64,000 nucleotides of DNA from Octopus vulgaris (lineage: Eukaryota): NCBI GenBank assembly GCA_951406725.2, contig OX597821.1, positions 55,862,001 through 55,926,000 on the forward strand. Reading direction: 5' to 3'. Below are positions 13,914-27,170 of the stretch, piece by piece. The number at the start of each line of letters is the position of its first letter. Positions within the stretch are counted from its first letter, which is position 1. The position numbers were made by a program, and so were the translations under genes. Below the pieces are notes generated by a model. It saw nothing but the letters and a program-made list of their open reading frames with translations, ran no database searches and had not been told where the DNA came from.

Positions 13914-14561
13914 ATATATATATGCGTGTGTGTGTATAATTGTGTCTATGTATGAGTGTATGCATACATATGTTGATACGTGGTCGTCTGTGTGTATATG
14001 TATAAATATAGCAATAATGATAATAATCCTTGGATGGAATTTATAAATATTTTAATGTAACACTACGCGCCCCTCCCCCCAAAAAACATCTGGTATTGCC
14101 AGTTGACATCATTTGGCTGTAGCAGGCACAATATGAATATTGAAAACGTTTCCCGTAAGAGAACATAAAGCGTGTGTGTGGTGGGGGTGCAAATGAGATG
14201 CCAAAGAAATAAACAATTGTCTTTTGAACTGTATTAGCTTACAGCCGTTTCTACTACAAGATGCAGTGGAGTTATAGTTGGATTCCAAGTAATACCTTCC
14301 AAACCTCAAACGTGAAGTGCAATCTATTTGGAAAACATTTACATTTATGCATATACACACAAAAGCATTACCGAATAGAAGACATGCACGTTTGTGAGGA
14401 AAGAAATCTCCAGAATCAGAATAAGACCAATTCTAAAGTGTATATAAGTGTTAATATACTCAGACGTAAAGAACCAATAATTAGAACTCTCAGTAAAATA
14501 TATTTGTATATATATATATAGGTGAGAAAGTTGGTGTGTGAAAGCACGTAGTTGGATATAT

Positions 14562-14771
14562 AGAAAATAGTAAAAAGTGAAAAAACTACAGAAGGCTTGT
14601 TTTATAAGGTTAAAGAATATATTTGAGTCATTATGTTGGAAGAATGTTATAAAATTTTTTCAATGTTACCGTATGAAAAAATTTTATAACATTCTTCCAA
14701 CATAATGACTCAAATATATTCTTTAACCTTATAAAACAAGCCTTCTGTAGTTTTTTCACTTTTTACTATTT

Positions 14772-14774
<3 letters not shown>
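14562..14774. repeat. Perfect fold-back palindrome (101-bp arms, 11-nt loop) derived from a Penelope terminus
   Basis: Arms 14562-14662 and 14674-14774; homologous to 22531-22670, the 3' end of the Penelope element at 22531-23660. Confidence 0.92.
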
Positions 14775-14858
<84 letters not shown>

Positions 14859-14883
14859 TTAGAACAAACAGTAAGCTGTCATT

Positions 14884-14942
14884 ATAGTACTCGGTGTTTC
14901 GAACGTCGGAGAGAAGAGCTACGATGCATTCTCGTTGGCTAT
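14884..14942 (-). ncRNA. Degenerate hammerhead-like motif
   Basis: Minus strand: atag-CCAACGA-gaatg...cgttc-GAAAC...GUA-ctat; stems I and II pair but the core is mutated. Confidence 0.4.
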
Positions 14943-15342
14943 TAATGGCAACAGACGCTATGAAAAATCGTTGAATAAAAGGGAAGTTACTATAGTAGGT
15001 AGAAAAAGAAAAAGAGAAAAAATAAAAAAATACACGTAACCATATTCTCACAATATTAAGACATAAATGTCCAGCATGCATAACGTTTACGTGCGTACAC
15101 ACACGCACACACAAACACACACACACACACACACACAAACATGTATACGTAGATGCACAAACATATATGCGCATTTACACACACAAACATACACACATAT
15201 CCACATACACACGTACATATATATATGTGTGTGTGTATGTGTGTGTATGTATGTATATGTAATACATATATATTTAGGCATTTATACGTATAAATATACG
15301 TATATATATACAGGCATACATTCACACTTCCACATACACTTA

Positions 15343-15379
<37 letters not shown>

Positions 15380-15383
<4 letters not shown>

Positions 15384-15708
15384 GGAAAGTAAGAAGAAAA
15401 AGGTGAAAATGCACATTGAATATCACAAAAATAAAGGCTTTTTTTATGAAAAGTAGCGATAAATTCAATTAGAAAAACTGAGGTAGAATTAATAGGAATT
15501 AAATTCGTTATTTTGAATTGTTAAAGGGATTCAAAGTCAGACCGGTTTAAATTTGAATCTCGTCAACAATTCAAAATAATGAATTTAATTCCTCTTAATT
15601 CTACCTCAGTTCATCTAATTATATTTATTTATCGCTACTTTTCATTAAAAAGCATTTTTTTTATATTCAATGTGCATTTTCGCTTTTTTCCACTTACTTC
15701 CCCCCATA
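15380..15708. repeat. Diverged fold-back palindrome with a hammerhead remnant at its centre
   Basis: Arms of about 155 bp with many substitutions; centre on the minus strand reads ttgacga...aaaccggtc. Confidence 0.85.
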
Positions 15709-15784
15709 TCTTTTCCAGGTGTTGTTTCTATTTTATTTTTGAAACATATTTCTATTATTTATATACATGTGTGTGTGTGTGTCA

Positions 15785-16635
15785 AATGCAAAATGCAACA
15801 CAAATCACAAAAGAGACTGCTAAGAAATGCGAAGCTTTACAAAACAACCACGAAACCAACGGTTGAAAAATGTGGACGCCCAAACTGTGGGATCTACCCC
15901 AACTTGAAGGCTCTGATTTCCTTTTCAAATAAGGAGAGATGTTCACAATTAAAACTAGTTTCACTTGTGCCTCTGAGAATATAATTTATGTAATAACCTA
16001 CTCGGGATATGGACACAACTATATTGGACAGACGCGTATGACCTCGAGACGGAGAACCACTCTACATAAAGAGCAAATCCGTTTCCTACAATACAGGCAA
16101 ATTCCTCTCAGTGAACATATAGAAAAATGTGCAGATAACATCAAACCAAACGTCACAGTCTTCCCCTTCTACCAGTGCAAAGACACAATTTCTCCACAAG
16201 AACGTTTAAATAAAGAAACATTTTTCATCGAAAATTACAGAACACTTCTTAATATGCACGCATAACCAACTTTTATCTTTTTACATATTTCAATTCACGA
16301 TTACATCACTGTATATAAATCCCCTCACTAAACAAGTTTTTTGAAACTTTTTGTGCATATATATATTCCCCTCCCCTTACCGACAGCTGAACATTTATCT
16401 CCCTTGCCCACAACAATAATAATAATAACGATAACCAATTACGTCCCCTTATTTTTCTACTTGTGAAGTCATTCACTCGTAAATATCATCACATACAACA
16501 TCGACTAAGAAAATACATATTCAAATAAGTAAACCATAATATCATGAATAGCGAAAGCGAAACCGGTCGATATATTAAAAATTATATTAAAACTATGTAA
16601 AGTGTGTGTATTTTCCTTATATTATTTCTTATGTA
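15785..16635 (+). mobile_element. Penelope-like element 3' part (GIY-YIG endonuclease pseudogene plus pLTR)
   Basis: KCGRPNC...FTCASENIIYVITYSGYGHNYIGQT...RRRTTLHKEQI...LNKETFFI (15939-16265), frameshifted upstream; downstream hammerhead; same family as 22531-23660. Confidence 0.9.
16539..16573 (+). ncRNA. Minimal type I hammerhead ribozyme, A3-U8 variant
   Basis: atatc-AUGAAUA-gc-gaaa-gc-GAAA-ccgg-UC-gatat: 5-bp stem I, GNRA-capped stem II, palindromic stem III. Confidence 0.75.
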
Positions 16636-16782
16636 TATATATATATATATAATTAATTAATAAGGGTGAGAGAGAATTAGATACTAATTTAATAGTATAT
16701 TTATTCAACACCAAGTGGCCTAGTGCTCCGAGAAACCTGGATTATTATAATATTTTATAACATATTATAATATTTTTACAAA

Positions 16783-16834
16783 ATAAATATAAGAGAGTGG
16801 TCACTATATTGCTAATATAGTGACCACTCTCTTA

Positions 16835-16841
<7 letters not shown>
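16783..16841. repeat. Perfect hairpin (28-bp arms, 3-nt loop)
   Basis: ataaatataagagagtggtcactatatt-gct-aatatagtgaccactctcttatatttat. Confidence 0.95.
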
Positions 16842-16869
<28 letters not shown>

Positions 16870-17059
16870 TACAAAATTAGAGAATGGAGAAACATACTTA
16901 AATCAATAAAACATCAACTATCCGATGATACCCAATCAATACTTTAATACACCATTACATATGAGTAGAGGCATTATACAAAAAGAGATATACATTAATA
17001 GTAAAAAGATAAAGAGATATAAGTAAAAAATTTCAAATATAATATGCAATTAATCAAAA

Positions 17060-17167
17060 CTGACAGCTGTTTCGGCAGTGAGGGCAGTCATACCTCATTT
17101 AACCTATAAGCCATAAAGGCAGGTATAAATGAGGCATTAACAAGGATGCCCCACGGCCTCTTCAGAG
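17060..17167 (-). ncRNA. Type I hammerhead ribozyme (mirror copy)
   Basis: Reverse complement of 18538-18645. Confidence 0.75.
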
Positions 17168-17524
17168 AATTAAATTAAATTTGTTATAATTGTGAAAAAT
17201 ATTATATAATCATATACATATAAATATAAAAATATAAAAATGTAAAATATAAAAACTTATACATCATAATGCTACACTTATATAATATAATACACATTGG
17301 TACAATAAAGGAAGGTAAACAGAACAAAATAAAACAAAATATATATCAGTGTATATATTAATATTAATATTAATAAGTACCGATATTATACATATTTGGC
17401 TAATATTTTTTTTTTTTTTTTTTAAAAAAACCTAACACATAGGGAGATGAAAAATAATAATTAAAACCATGGTTCAGTTCATAAAATTCTAAAGCTATAA
17501 AAGTTAATAAAAATTACTATTAAT

Positions 17525-17564
<40 letters not shown>

Positions 17565-18146
17565 GATACAGTTAAGTTTGCACAAAGTCCATCCTTTCAA
17601 GAACGAAATAACTGAGTTTAGAAATGCTGACCACTAGGTAAAGAAAATTTAGATTAATTCGATTGGCTATTGGTTTGAAATTTAAATCACAAAAGAAAAT
17701 TATACGGTTGGTTAGTCAAGGAACGCCAATATTCACACACGCATCTACAGATCAATCGCACATACACACATAGTTATATGTATATACATACACTTATACG
17801 CATACATAATCACAAGCAACAACTAGCACATAGATAAACAAAAAGGGAAGCAACTATGCTTCCCTTTTTGTTTATCTATGTGCTAGTTGTTGCTTGTGAT
17901 TATGTATGCGTATAAGTGTATGTATATACATATAACTATGTGTGTATGTGCGATTGATCTGTAGATGCGTGTGTGAATATTGGCGTTCCTTGACTAACCA
18001 ACCGTATAATTTTCTTTTGTGATTTAAATTTCAAACCAATAGCCAATCGAATTAATCTAAATTTTCTTTACCTAGTGGTCAGCATTTCTAAACTCATAGT
18101 TATTTCGTTCTTGAAAGGATGGACTTTGTGCAAACTTAACTGTATC

Positions 18147-18186
<40 letters not shown>

Positions 18187-18537
18187 ATTAATAGTAATTT
18201 TTATTAACTTTTATAGCTTTAGAATTTTATGAACTGAACCATGGTTTTAATTATTATTTTTCATCTCCCTATGTGTTAGTTTTTTAAAAAAAAAAAAAAT
18301 ATTAGCCAAATATGTATAATATCGGTACTTATTAATATTAATATTAATATATACACTGATATATATTTTGTTTTATTTTGTTCTGTTTACCTTCCTTTAT
18401 TGTACCAATGTGTATTATATTATATAAGTGTAGCATTATGATGTATAAGTTTTTATATTTTACATTTTTATATTTTTATATTTATATGTATATGATTATA
18501 TAATATTTTTCACAATTATAACAAATTTAATTTAATT

Positions 18538-18645
18538 CTCTGAAGAGGCCGTGGGGCATCCTTGTTAATGCCTCATTTATACCTGCCTTTATGGCTTATA
18601 GGTTAAATGAGGTATGACTGCCCTCACTGCCGAAACAGCTGTCAG
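18538..18645 (+). ncRNA. Type I hammerhead ribozyme with a long stem II
   Basis: ct-CUGAAGA-ggc...(branched insert including cctcattta/taaatgagg)...gcc-GAAA-cagctg-UC-ag. Confidence 0.78.
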
Positions 18646-18999
18646 TTTTGATTAATTGCATATTATATTTGAAATTTTTTACTTATATCTCTTTATCTTT
18701 TTACTATTAATGTATATCTCTTTTTGTATAATGCCTCTACTCATATGTAATGGTGTATTAAAGTATTGATTGGGTATCATCGGATAGTTGATGTTTTATT
18801 GATTTAAGTATGTTTCTCCATTCTCTAATTTTGTAGTATTAATTTACGGTAATATTATTACCTTTACCCATATAATACATTTGATGAACTGATTGTTTGA
18901 CAATTTTTAACATCTATGTATTAATCTTGTTGGGTACCTATCTGGCAGTATATTGGATATATATTATCCCATGGTGGGTTGAATTTTCAACCCCTATCT

Positions 19000-19036
<37 letters not shown>

Positions 19037-19199
19037 GAATTCACAAAAAACAAAAGACGAAGACAGGTGGTGTAGACAACAAACAGATGTATTAGTATAA
19101 CGCTCAGGAAGAGAAAAATTCCTTAACATTTCGAGCCTACGCTCTTCCACAGGCTGAGGGTGGGGTAGAAGTGGGGTATATGAGTAGACGTAAAGAAAA

Positions 19200-19790
19200 T
19201 TTAACAAAAAAATTACTCCATCTGGTGTATTTATTTAACGTCACAATACATGTATTAAAGCGCTATTAATAGTTTCTTATGTTGAAGAACTCAAACATAT
19301 TCTTCGGGCGCAAACCACATATAATAATGAACTAAAGAAATTGAATCATAGAAGAAACGCGAAATAAACAGAGATGGCAGCATATAGAAAATGTTGACAA
19401 TAGGCAACGGAAAAAGAAAAGCAGAAACTGCAACGCTAAATAATAACACAACTGATAAGAAAACCTATATTGGATTATGAGGAGAATTTAAAAATCGCTG
19501 TGCCAATCACATAGCCTCCTTCCGACATAGGGACAAAAGTAAAGTTACTAAGTTGGTTAGCTACGTAAGGACTTCGAAAGATAACGAAACCCCGCATGTG
19601 ATTAAATAGAAATTAATTCAAAAATCCATACTTTATGAGAATGGATTGAATAAATGTAGACTCTTTTCGTTGAAAGAATGCAGGTACTTTTCAGATCTAA
19701 GATCCCTAACTCTCTATTGAATTCCAGGTTAGAAATTTTCAGTGGTTGCAGTGGTTCGGAAGAATTGTAAAATTCTGCCTATCCCTGACT
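19200..19790 (+). pseudogene. Decayed Penelope-like GIY-YIG endonuclease region (second lineage)
   Basis: KTYIGL*GEFKNRCANHIASFRHRDKSKVTKLVSYV...NKCRL; in-frame stops. Confidence 0.75.
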
Positions 19791-19925
19791 GACTTGATAT
19801 CTTTCCAGCCGTATCGTTTATATATAAAGGAAAAATGTTATATATCTTGTATTAATGTTTTTCCTTAATCAGTTTACACGCTGGCTACTCGATGAAATCT
19901 TATATAGATTTTATCCTTATATTTT

Positions 19926-20230
<305 letters not shown>

Positions 20231-20639
20231 GGCGAGTACTTTGTTCAAAAAACCATCCATCATCTGTCAGGCTATGGTGATTCCTGTGGACCTAATATCC
20301 ATAATAACCGTAATGTAACATCGAACAGCAATATTATTTGCAGGTTGATCAGTTCTCACGCTAATAGAGTTTGCCACGCCCAGAGATAATAACTAAATCG
20401 AGACCAGCATCATAGAGAGCGTCACTGAAGACCCCGGTACCCCCACTACGGATAATGAAATAATATAGATGCGGAGAGAGTGACCAGGCCTGCAATGTAT
20501 GAGAACACCAATACAAACCCCGCACCTCGAAATAATGACCAATCCAGAACCAACGACTTGGAGGAGGCATCTGCTGTTCCCAGTTCCGCCACCTCAGATG
20601 AGGACCAAGCAATCATCTTCGACACTGATAGAATGACCA

Positions 20640-21350
20640 GCCTCGTGCCATATGTTATCAGGAGTACGATTAAGGCCTCACCCTATGTTTATAAACATAT
20701 TGGTTCGGCGAGTACTTCGTTCAAGAAGCGTCTTCTTAATCACCAGTCATTCTTCAGAGTCCCAGAAAGACGGTTTGTTACGTCCCTTTCCCGCTATGTG
20801 TGACACCTCAAATATCAAGGGACCAAATATCAGGTGGAAGTTAATTGATTATCCGGCACTGAATATTAATGGAAATGGCCGTTGCAAGATCTGCATCGCG
20901 GTGAGAACCAAAATTCTTAAGAACTATAAAGAAGCCTGGCGTAAAGAAGTGTTTTCTAAATGTATCCACTTCAAGAACTACTTACTAGAAAACTGAATCG
21001 CCACGTTTGTTAGCTAGGCCTCTGCGAGTCTATAAAGGTTTTTTTCCCTATGATTAAGGAGAAATAACCCGTACTCATTAACGTTTTTTCGTATTCCTCG
21101 AGGTCTCAGCATTTCCTCACGTCTGCAACGTAGATATTTTAAACTTTTGTATTCATATAGAATCTGATCAGCTGTCCACAAGCTTTGTAGGAGCGAAACC
21201 TTGGGTAACTCTATATACAATTTTGTTGTAATAACTTCTGCTCTATTTTATTTTATATATTTTCTTTTATTAACTATATGTATATAGTCTTTTGTTTATT
21301 TCCGTAAACCTGCCTTCGTCTTTTGTCTATTTTCATAAAGCTTCCCGTTA
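20640..21350 (+). mobile_element. Penelope-like 3' fragment (GIY-YIG plus pLTR)
   Basis: HIGSASTSFKKRLLNHQSFF...TSLSRYV and NIRWKLI...RCKIC...EVFSKCIHFKNYLLEN; hammerhead-like motif downstream; ends at (TA)/(TATG)n. Confidence 0.8.
21155..21216 (+). ncRNA. Hammerhead-like motif (G8C, probably inactive)
   Basis: atatagaat-CUGAUCA-gct...agc-GAAA-ccttggg-UA-actctatat. Confidence 0.55.
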
Positions 21351-21352
21351 TA

Positions 21353-21388
<36 letters not shown>

Positions 21389-21503
21389 TGTATGTATGTA
21401 TGTATGTATGTACGTATGTATGTATGTATGTATGTATGTATGTATGTATGTATGTATGTATGTATAAGTATATAGATAGATAGAAAGATAGATAGATAGC
21501 TAA

Positions 21504-21562
<59 letters not shown>

Positions 21563-21767
21563 GATAGAAATGGTAAGACAACAAAACACTGAAAGAGACC
21601 TAGATATTATGTAAATAGAGGAATTTATCTGTAAATGTAACTATTCGGTAGCCATGATAAAACTCCGAGTTTCGGATGTCGTTATCTGGCCATCATATAT
21701 ATATGCAGATAGTTAGATTGATATTGATATAAATATACATATATATAGACATACATACATGTGTGTG

Positions 21768-21841
<74 letters not shown>

Positions 21842-21960
21842 TGTGTGTGTGTATATCAAAGCAAGCACATAAATGTGGAAGACGGTGGGTAAATAGTACT
21901 CGAATACACGAGGTAGTGTAATATGCCTTATTGTTAAAGCTACAAAAACATCACAAAAGA

Positions 21961-22004
21961 AAACTGCTACTCAGAGTTTCGTGTTCCCGTTCGTCGGACA
22001 GTTT
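21961..22004 (-). ncRNA. Type I hammerhead motif, U4C variant
   Basis: aaactgt-CCGACGA-acgggaacac-GAAA-ctctgag-UA-gcagttt: 7-bp stem I, stem III actc/gagt, weak stem II. Confidence 0.6.
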
Positions 22005-22474
22005 AGTTTGAGAATGAAACAAAAAAATTAACGTTATATGTATAAATATGCAATTTACCTTGACAGCGACACATTTGAAATTCGTTCTGTTTCTTTGGTC
22101 CTTTCAACTAACTGTCTTTTTAAGAACATAAAATTAAAATTATATTATGTAAAATCGAAGAAAAGCTTAAATCAAAAATTAGCTTTAGCTAGAAGGAATA
22201 AATATGTATACCCAGAGTAAATTAAGTAAAGGTAAAATAAATTTAATTTTAAAAATATAAGTCTGTTTATAATGACATATTCACTTACAGAGATCTAAAC
22301 AGCATAAAAATAAACACACGTACAAAAGTATACAAACATTTGCTTATACATACACAAGCACAAAACATATACATATATACACTAGACATACAAACGTTGA
22401 TACATGCATACACACATACATATAGACAGACATATACAGACAAAATATATATACTAATATGAATATAGGTTATC

Positions 22475-22532
<58 letters not shown>

Positions 22533-22707
22533 TAAGAAAGTTTGTTTGGTAAAGCACGTGGGTGAATATATAAGAAAATAGTAAAGTGTGAAAAAACGAC
22601 AGAAGGCTTAAATGTTAAAAAATATATATATTTGTGTCAGAATGTCTGGAGAATATTGCAAAAATTTTTTTTCCTTTCCTTAAAATGACATAATTTTAAA
22701 ATTTTTA

Positions 22708-22747
22708 AAGAAATTACCGGTTTCGCGTGTAGCTTTTCAAATTTCTT
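22708..22747 (-). ncRNA. Minimal type I hammerhead ribozyme, U3-A8 variant
   Basis: aagaaat-UUGAAAA-gc-tacac-gc-GAAA-ccgg-UA-atttctt: 7-bp stem I, palindromic stem III. Confidence 0.78.
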
Positions 22748-22883
22748 GTGACGTTATGTTTATATTGCATGGAGTTATCGTTGTTTTTATTTCCAGGTGA
22801 TTTCTAAATAAGGGGAGGTAGTGAGTGATTTCTTCCGGTGTAAGGGAGATAATCGCTTAAATTTTTTTTTTCCTTTTTCCTTG

Positions 22884-23660
22884 TTAATTTCTCTGTGTCA
22901 GTATGTTCGGATGGTTGAGTCTGGGTTTGTACTTTTCAATGAAGAATGTTTCCTTGTTCAGTCTCATTTGTGTTGATGATCCGAAAGCACATTGGTAAAA
23001 TGGGACGATTAAAAATTGTGGCAGTAGTTGCTTTGCGCATTTCTCAATGTGCTCACTAAAAGGTATCATTCTATATTCTGGGAATGCAATCTGTTGTCGA
23101 TGCAGTGTGCATCTACGCCTGAGTGATAGTCCCGTGGAACCCACGTAGTCTTGGTGGCAGCCCGAGCATTTAATAACATAAATTATGTTTTCAGAGGCAC
23201 AAGTAAAGTTAGATTTGATCTTAAATTTCTGTCCCTCTTTAAAGAAGAATTCTGATCCTTCCAATAGGTTAGGACATGTTGCACAGTTCGATCTACCACA
23301 TTTTTTTACTTTTGCATCCGTAATTTTAGAAGACAATTTTGCCTTTGTGAGAATCTTTTTAAGTGATTTAGGCTGTTTGTAGCTTTTAATGATTTGGTGT
23401 ATGTTTAGAATTTCCTTTAATTTTGGGTTTTTATGAAGTATTGGTAAATTCTGGGTGATGATGGTGAAGGCTTCTTTGTTTCTGGGGTTGTATGTAGATA
23501 TGTAAGGTAGTATTTTCGGGGAAGGTGTGTTGTGTTGAGCTTTTCTTAAAGTTTCTATGTTGATTTCTGTTGCACGTCTGATCCCATCCTCTATGAGTTG
23601 AGCTGGGTAATGTCTGTCAATTAGGGTGTTTTTGAGTTCTTGCAGTCTAAAGTTCCTAAG
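22884..23660 (-). CDS. Penelope ORF C-terminal part: linker (CxxxxCxxC) plus GIY-YIG endonuclease; real start missing
   Basis: RHYP...LPYISTYNP...KCGRSNCATCP...FTCASENIIYVIKCSGCHQDYVGSTG...RRRCTLH...RLNKETFFIEKYKPRLN; the N-terminal residues of the listed ORF come from flanking microsatellite-like DNA. Confidence 0.85.
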   Translation of the reverse strand, partial: LRNFRLQELKNTLIDRHYPAQLIEDGIRRATEINIETLRKAQHNTPSPKILPYISTYNPRNKEAFTIITQNLPILHKNPKLKEILNIHQIIKSYKQPKSLKKILTKAKLSSKITDAKVKKCGRSNCATCPNLLEGSEFFFKEGQKFKIKSNFTCASENIIYVIKCSGCHQDYVGSTGLSLRRRCTLHRQQIAFPEYRMIPFSEHIEKCAKQLLPQFLIVPFYQCAFGSSTQMRLNKETFFIEKYKPRLNHPNILTQRN

Positions 23661-24939
23661 AAAACAGATATGCATATCCACATAACTACATACATATATA
23701 AAATAGTAACACTCATACATACACGCATACAAATATACAGATAAACATTTATGCATATGTGTGTGTATCTACTTACATATATACACATCAAGATAGATGT
23801 ATACACCATACGAATATATTAAAAACTGCCTGGTGTATTGAATGTTAAAATAAGAAAATGGTGCAAAAAAATTATGTAATATAATTAGATGTAATATAAA
23901 TATGAAAAAATATGAAATTTTTAAAAAATATCTTTAAAATCTGAATTTGAAAATGAGAAAAAATTGACCCCGGCGAAATTTAAATTTAAATTTTTAAACA
24001 GTCGAAGGTTTTCTTGAAAGACGAGAAATGTCAAATGTAAAGGCGATAGATGTACAATGGATATTATACAAAATGATGTCTGTTTTTAGGTGGAAAAGCC
24101 AAATTCAAATGCGGATGTCAAATATTATCTATACGGTTTTTTATCACTCGATATTTTATATCTCGTAGCATGTCTGCGGGAGTTCAGGAGCTCCCGTCTT
24201 TGGTTCAATGCGTTTTTATTCTGGAACAAGATGAAGAGCTTTTCAGTTAGGCAGAAATTGCACCTCAGTGGGTGTCCATAATCTCTATGCTGATATGATG
24301 CAGCTTTCTCTAAGATCACACAGCTAATATTGAAAGGACGGGTATCATTTTCTTTCAAAGACCAAACCTGTTTGGTAAGACTCATTGCTTTCGGGGTATC
24401 GAAATGAATTTCAGTGGGAATATAATCTAGTTTTAAAGGAATTTTCTGAAGCTCCTCTATATGCTTTGTATTCTTGTGAGCCATCTATTTGCACCTTAGC
24501 TTTAAAAACAATTCCTTTCTCTCGACAATTTCCTCCTAACGGACAGCAACTTCTATCTTTACAATTGCAATTATTCTGGTTATTTCCGGCACTGTTGTTG
24601 CTTCTAAATGTTTTCGTGTTGTGCTGGTTAATTAAAGAGGCGACGCTCTTGCAATAAGAATAGCTAATCTTTAGCGTTCTTCTCTTAAAAATTCTGTAGA
24701 CCTTATGCTTTTCTTAAAAGTGCCTAGAAACTACTTTCAAGAATTCGCTGTTTATATTAGTTTTTACTGCAATGTTAAATACCGGATTAAACCATAGAAC
24801 ACTATTACTCGTGAGTTTTTATGGTTTGCAGTTTCACCTACCATGAATTTTTTTCCTCCGTGAATATGCGGACGTCTCTGCCACAATATTTCAGATAACT
24901 AAGAAATTTAAGACCTCTTTCAGCCAAAATGGTTGGGGC

Positions 24940-25418
24940 AGGTAGTTAGAATGTTACGGCACCTCCTTACATATGATTTCATATGAAGGTCTTGTCTCAC
25001 AGTCCAAGAAGTGGTCATTTTACTGATTCCTCGATCTTGAACTAACTTTGCCATCGATTTTGATGGGTTCGATTAAATCGATCTTTTAAGTCCTGTTAAG
25101 AAGCGAAGTGTGAATTTTCGGTCTGTGTGACTTTCTCTGAATATCCTGACTTTTCTTCAAATTGACTACGAATCTAAAAACAGTAGATTTGGTATATTTT
25201 ATGTCTCTAACAATCTCCCCAGCACTTTTGCCAGCGCGGAATAAATCAGCAATTACACTTCTATGCTTTAATTTTTTATTAACATTCATAGTTTGTTCAG
25301 TCAGAAATAAAAAAATATTAGAAGTGATTATTTAAGCTGGTAATATTAAAAATTTAGACTCCAAGAAAATCTATACAATTAGAAATATATCCATTTGAAA
25401 TTTGTTCCAAATTACCTG
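24940..25418 (-). mobile_element. Tc1/mariner (maT-like) transposase N-terminal fragment
   Basis: ORF 25289-25086 RSVIADLFRAGKSAGEIVRDIKYTKSTVFR resembles a transposase HTH; possible TIR caggta at both ends. Confidence 0.55.
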
Positions 25419-25422
25419 TTGC

Positions 25423-25506
<84 letters not shown>

Positions 25507-25695
25507 TAAGATTTAGAGAAAGTGTGACAGATGCAAAATCATAAACAACGAAAAAAAGAGAAATAGAAAAGAAAAGAAAGGAAGAATGCAAGAGAAGGAG
25601 AAAACAAATAAAAGTGTTTATGAGGGTCATTAAAGACTTTTCTAGATCAAACTTTTAGCCAGACTAACCACCTGAAGAAGGGAAAGGCACGAACA

Positions 25696-25742
<47 letters not shown>

Positions 25743-26051
25743 TGTGTGTCTGTGTGTGTGTGTGTGTGTGTCTGTGTTTACGTGCGCTAATAAAAAGGAG
25801 AAGCGTTTAACTTGGGGTTGATTGGTCACTTCAATATGGCTGTTCACTACGCGACAAACGTTACTGCTATTTTTTTTACCTCAAGAGGACGCTATCTAGC
25901 TGGTTAAAGATGCAATTTGCATCCGATATATATACTGCAAGCAAGGGAGCGACCAGACCAGACTGGTTTCGAGCTATTTTTTCCCATGTTTAGGGATGGA
26001 CACCTGTCCGCTAGGGACCATCGAGACGCATATTGCGTTTTATTATATGTA

Positions 26052-26082
<31 letters not shown>

Positions 26083-26774
26083 CTGGTCACGCTTGTAGAA
26101 GAAGACTAAAACAGCAAACGTAGAGGGAGGGTGTGATATCAGATGCTACATGCAAGCAAAGTGTAGTAAAATGTTTTGCTCTACTGTATTTAGCTGGTAC
26201 GTTAAGCAAAATAAACTGCAAATTTTTACTGTAAATTGTATTTAGTTTATCATGTTTCACTAACACACACACACACACACGTAAACATAAATATATAGAT
26301 AAATTAAATTAAATATTAAACTCTTTTGTTTTCAAAATATTATTTCCTTTACCGAGTATTTTACAGATTTCATCGATCAAACAAATTTAAACAAGCGTGC
26401 GCGTTTTAGTTCGCTTGCAGCATTGTTGCACAGAAATAGAAAATGAAGGAAATGAGGAATAAAGAAAGCTTCTGACAATGCAGAAAGGTTTACAAAAACG
26501 AAAGAAAACGTTATATTTCAGGCCCAAAGGCCTATCTTGAGATGAAAACAGCCAAAGAAATGTATAGTTACATGGATTTTGATATTTTAAACTGCTCAGC
26601 GTTTGGGTTAGCAGCAGCAGCAGCAACTCTCTAACTGTTGGTGCAAGCAATTCTCCAATGTTGGTCGTGAACATGGCGGGGTGGTGGTGGTGGTTGTGGT
26701 GGTGGTTGTGGCGGTGGTGGTGGTAGTGGTCGTCGTCGTCGTCATCGAACAGTTTCAGACTTAGCACCTCTAGT

Positions 26775-27162
26775 GGATGGAAGCACTCCGTCGGTTACGA
26801 TGACGAGGGTTCCGGTTGATCCGAATCAACGGAACAGCCTGCTCGTGAAATTAATGTGTAAGTGGCTGAGCACTCCACAGACACGTGTACCCTTAACGTA
26901 GTTCTCGGGGATATTCAGCGTGACAAGGGAGTGACAAGGCCGACCCTTTGAAATACAGGTACAACAGAAACAGGAAGTAAGAGTGAGAGAAAGTTGTGGT
27001 GAAAGAGTACAGCAGGAATCACCACCATCCCCTGCCGGAGCCTCGTTGAGCTTTAGGTGTTTTCGCTCAATAAACACTCACAACGCCCGGTCTGGGAATC
27101 GAAACCGCGATCCTATGACCGCGATTCCGCTGCCCTAACCACTGGGCCATTGCGCCTCCACT
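26775..27162 (-). mobile_element. tRNA-derived SINE, family C, with 11-bp TSD
   Basis: Head gtggaggcgcaatggcccagtggttaggg...ggtttcgattccc; TSD gcacctctagt at 26764-26774 and 27163-27173; near-identical copy at 59799-60188. Confidence 0.93.
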
Positions 27163-27170
27163 GCACCTCT

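Larger units (their letters stand above)
16866..18839. repeat. About 2-kb near-perfect palindrome (arms about 985 bp, 4-nt loop at 17853-17856)
   Basis: Arms are reverse complements throughout; the differences I noticed are small indels. Confidence 0.95.
22531..23660 (-). mobile_element. 5'-truncated Penelope-like element, relatively intact
   Basis: Open frame over the RT C-terminal/linker and GIY-YIG domains, 3' region with hammerhead, ends at (TA)n 22479-22530. Confidence 0.93.
21856..24830 (-). mobile_element. Penelope-like element 3' portion hosting a nested element
   Basis: 24830-24125 translates WFNPVFN...LKISYS...NCNCKDRSCCPLGGNC...YRGASENSFKTRLYSH...CNFCLTEK...LNQRRELLNSRRH; AT-rich 3' region continues to a hammerhead at 21961-22004. 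Confidence 0.75.

Noticed and set aside
19035-19155. gagc-gtag-gctc-gaaa hairpin, also seen near 39565-39590
   Set aside because: Stem II and GAAA are present but the upstream core is not hammerhead-like; likely a decayed pLTR, so not called as a ribozyme
26387-26767. 126-aa ORF with poly-D, poly-H and poly-L
   Set aside because: Trinucleotide repeats with no recognisable domain or splice context
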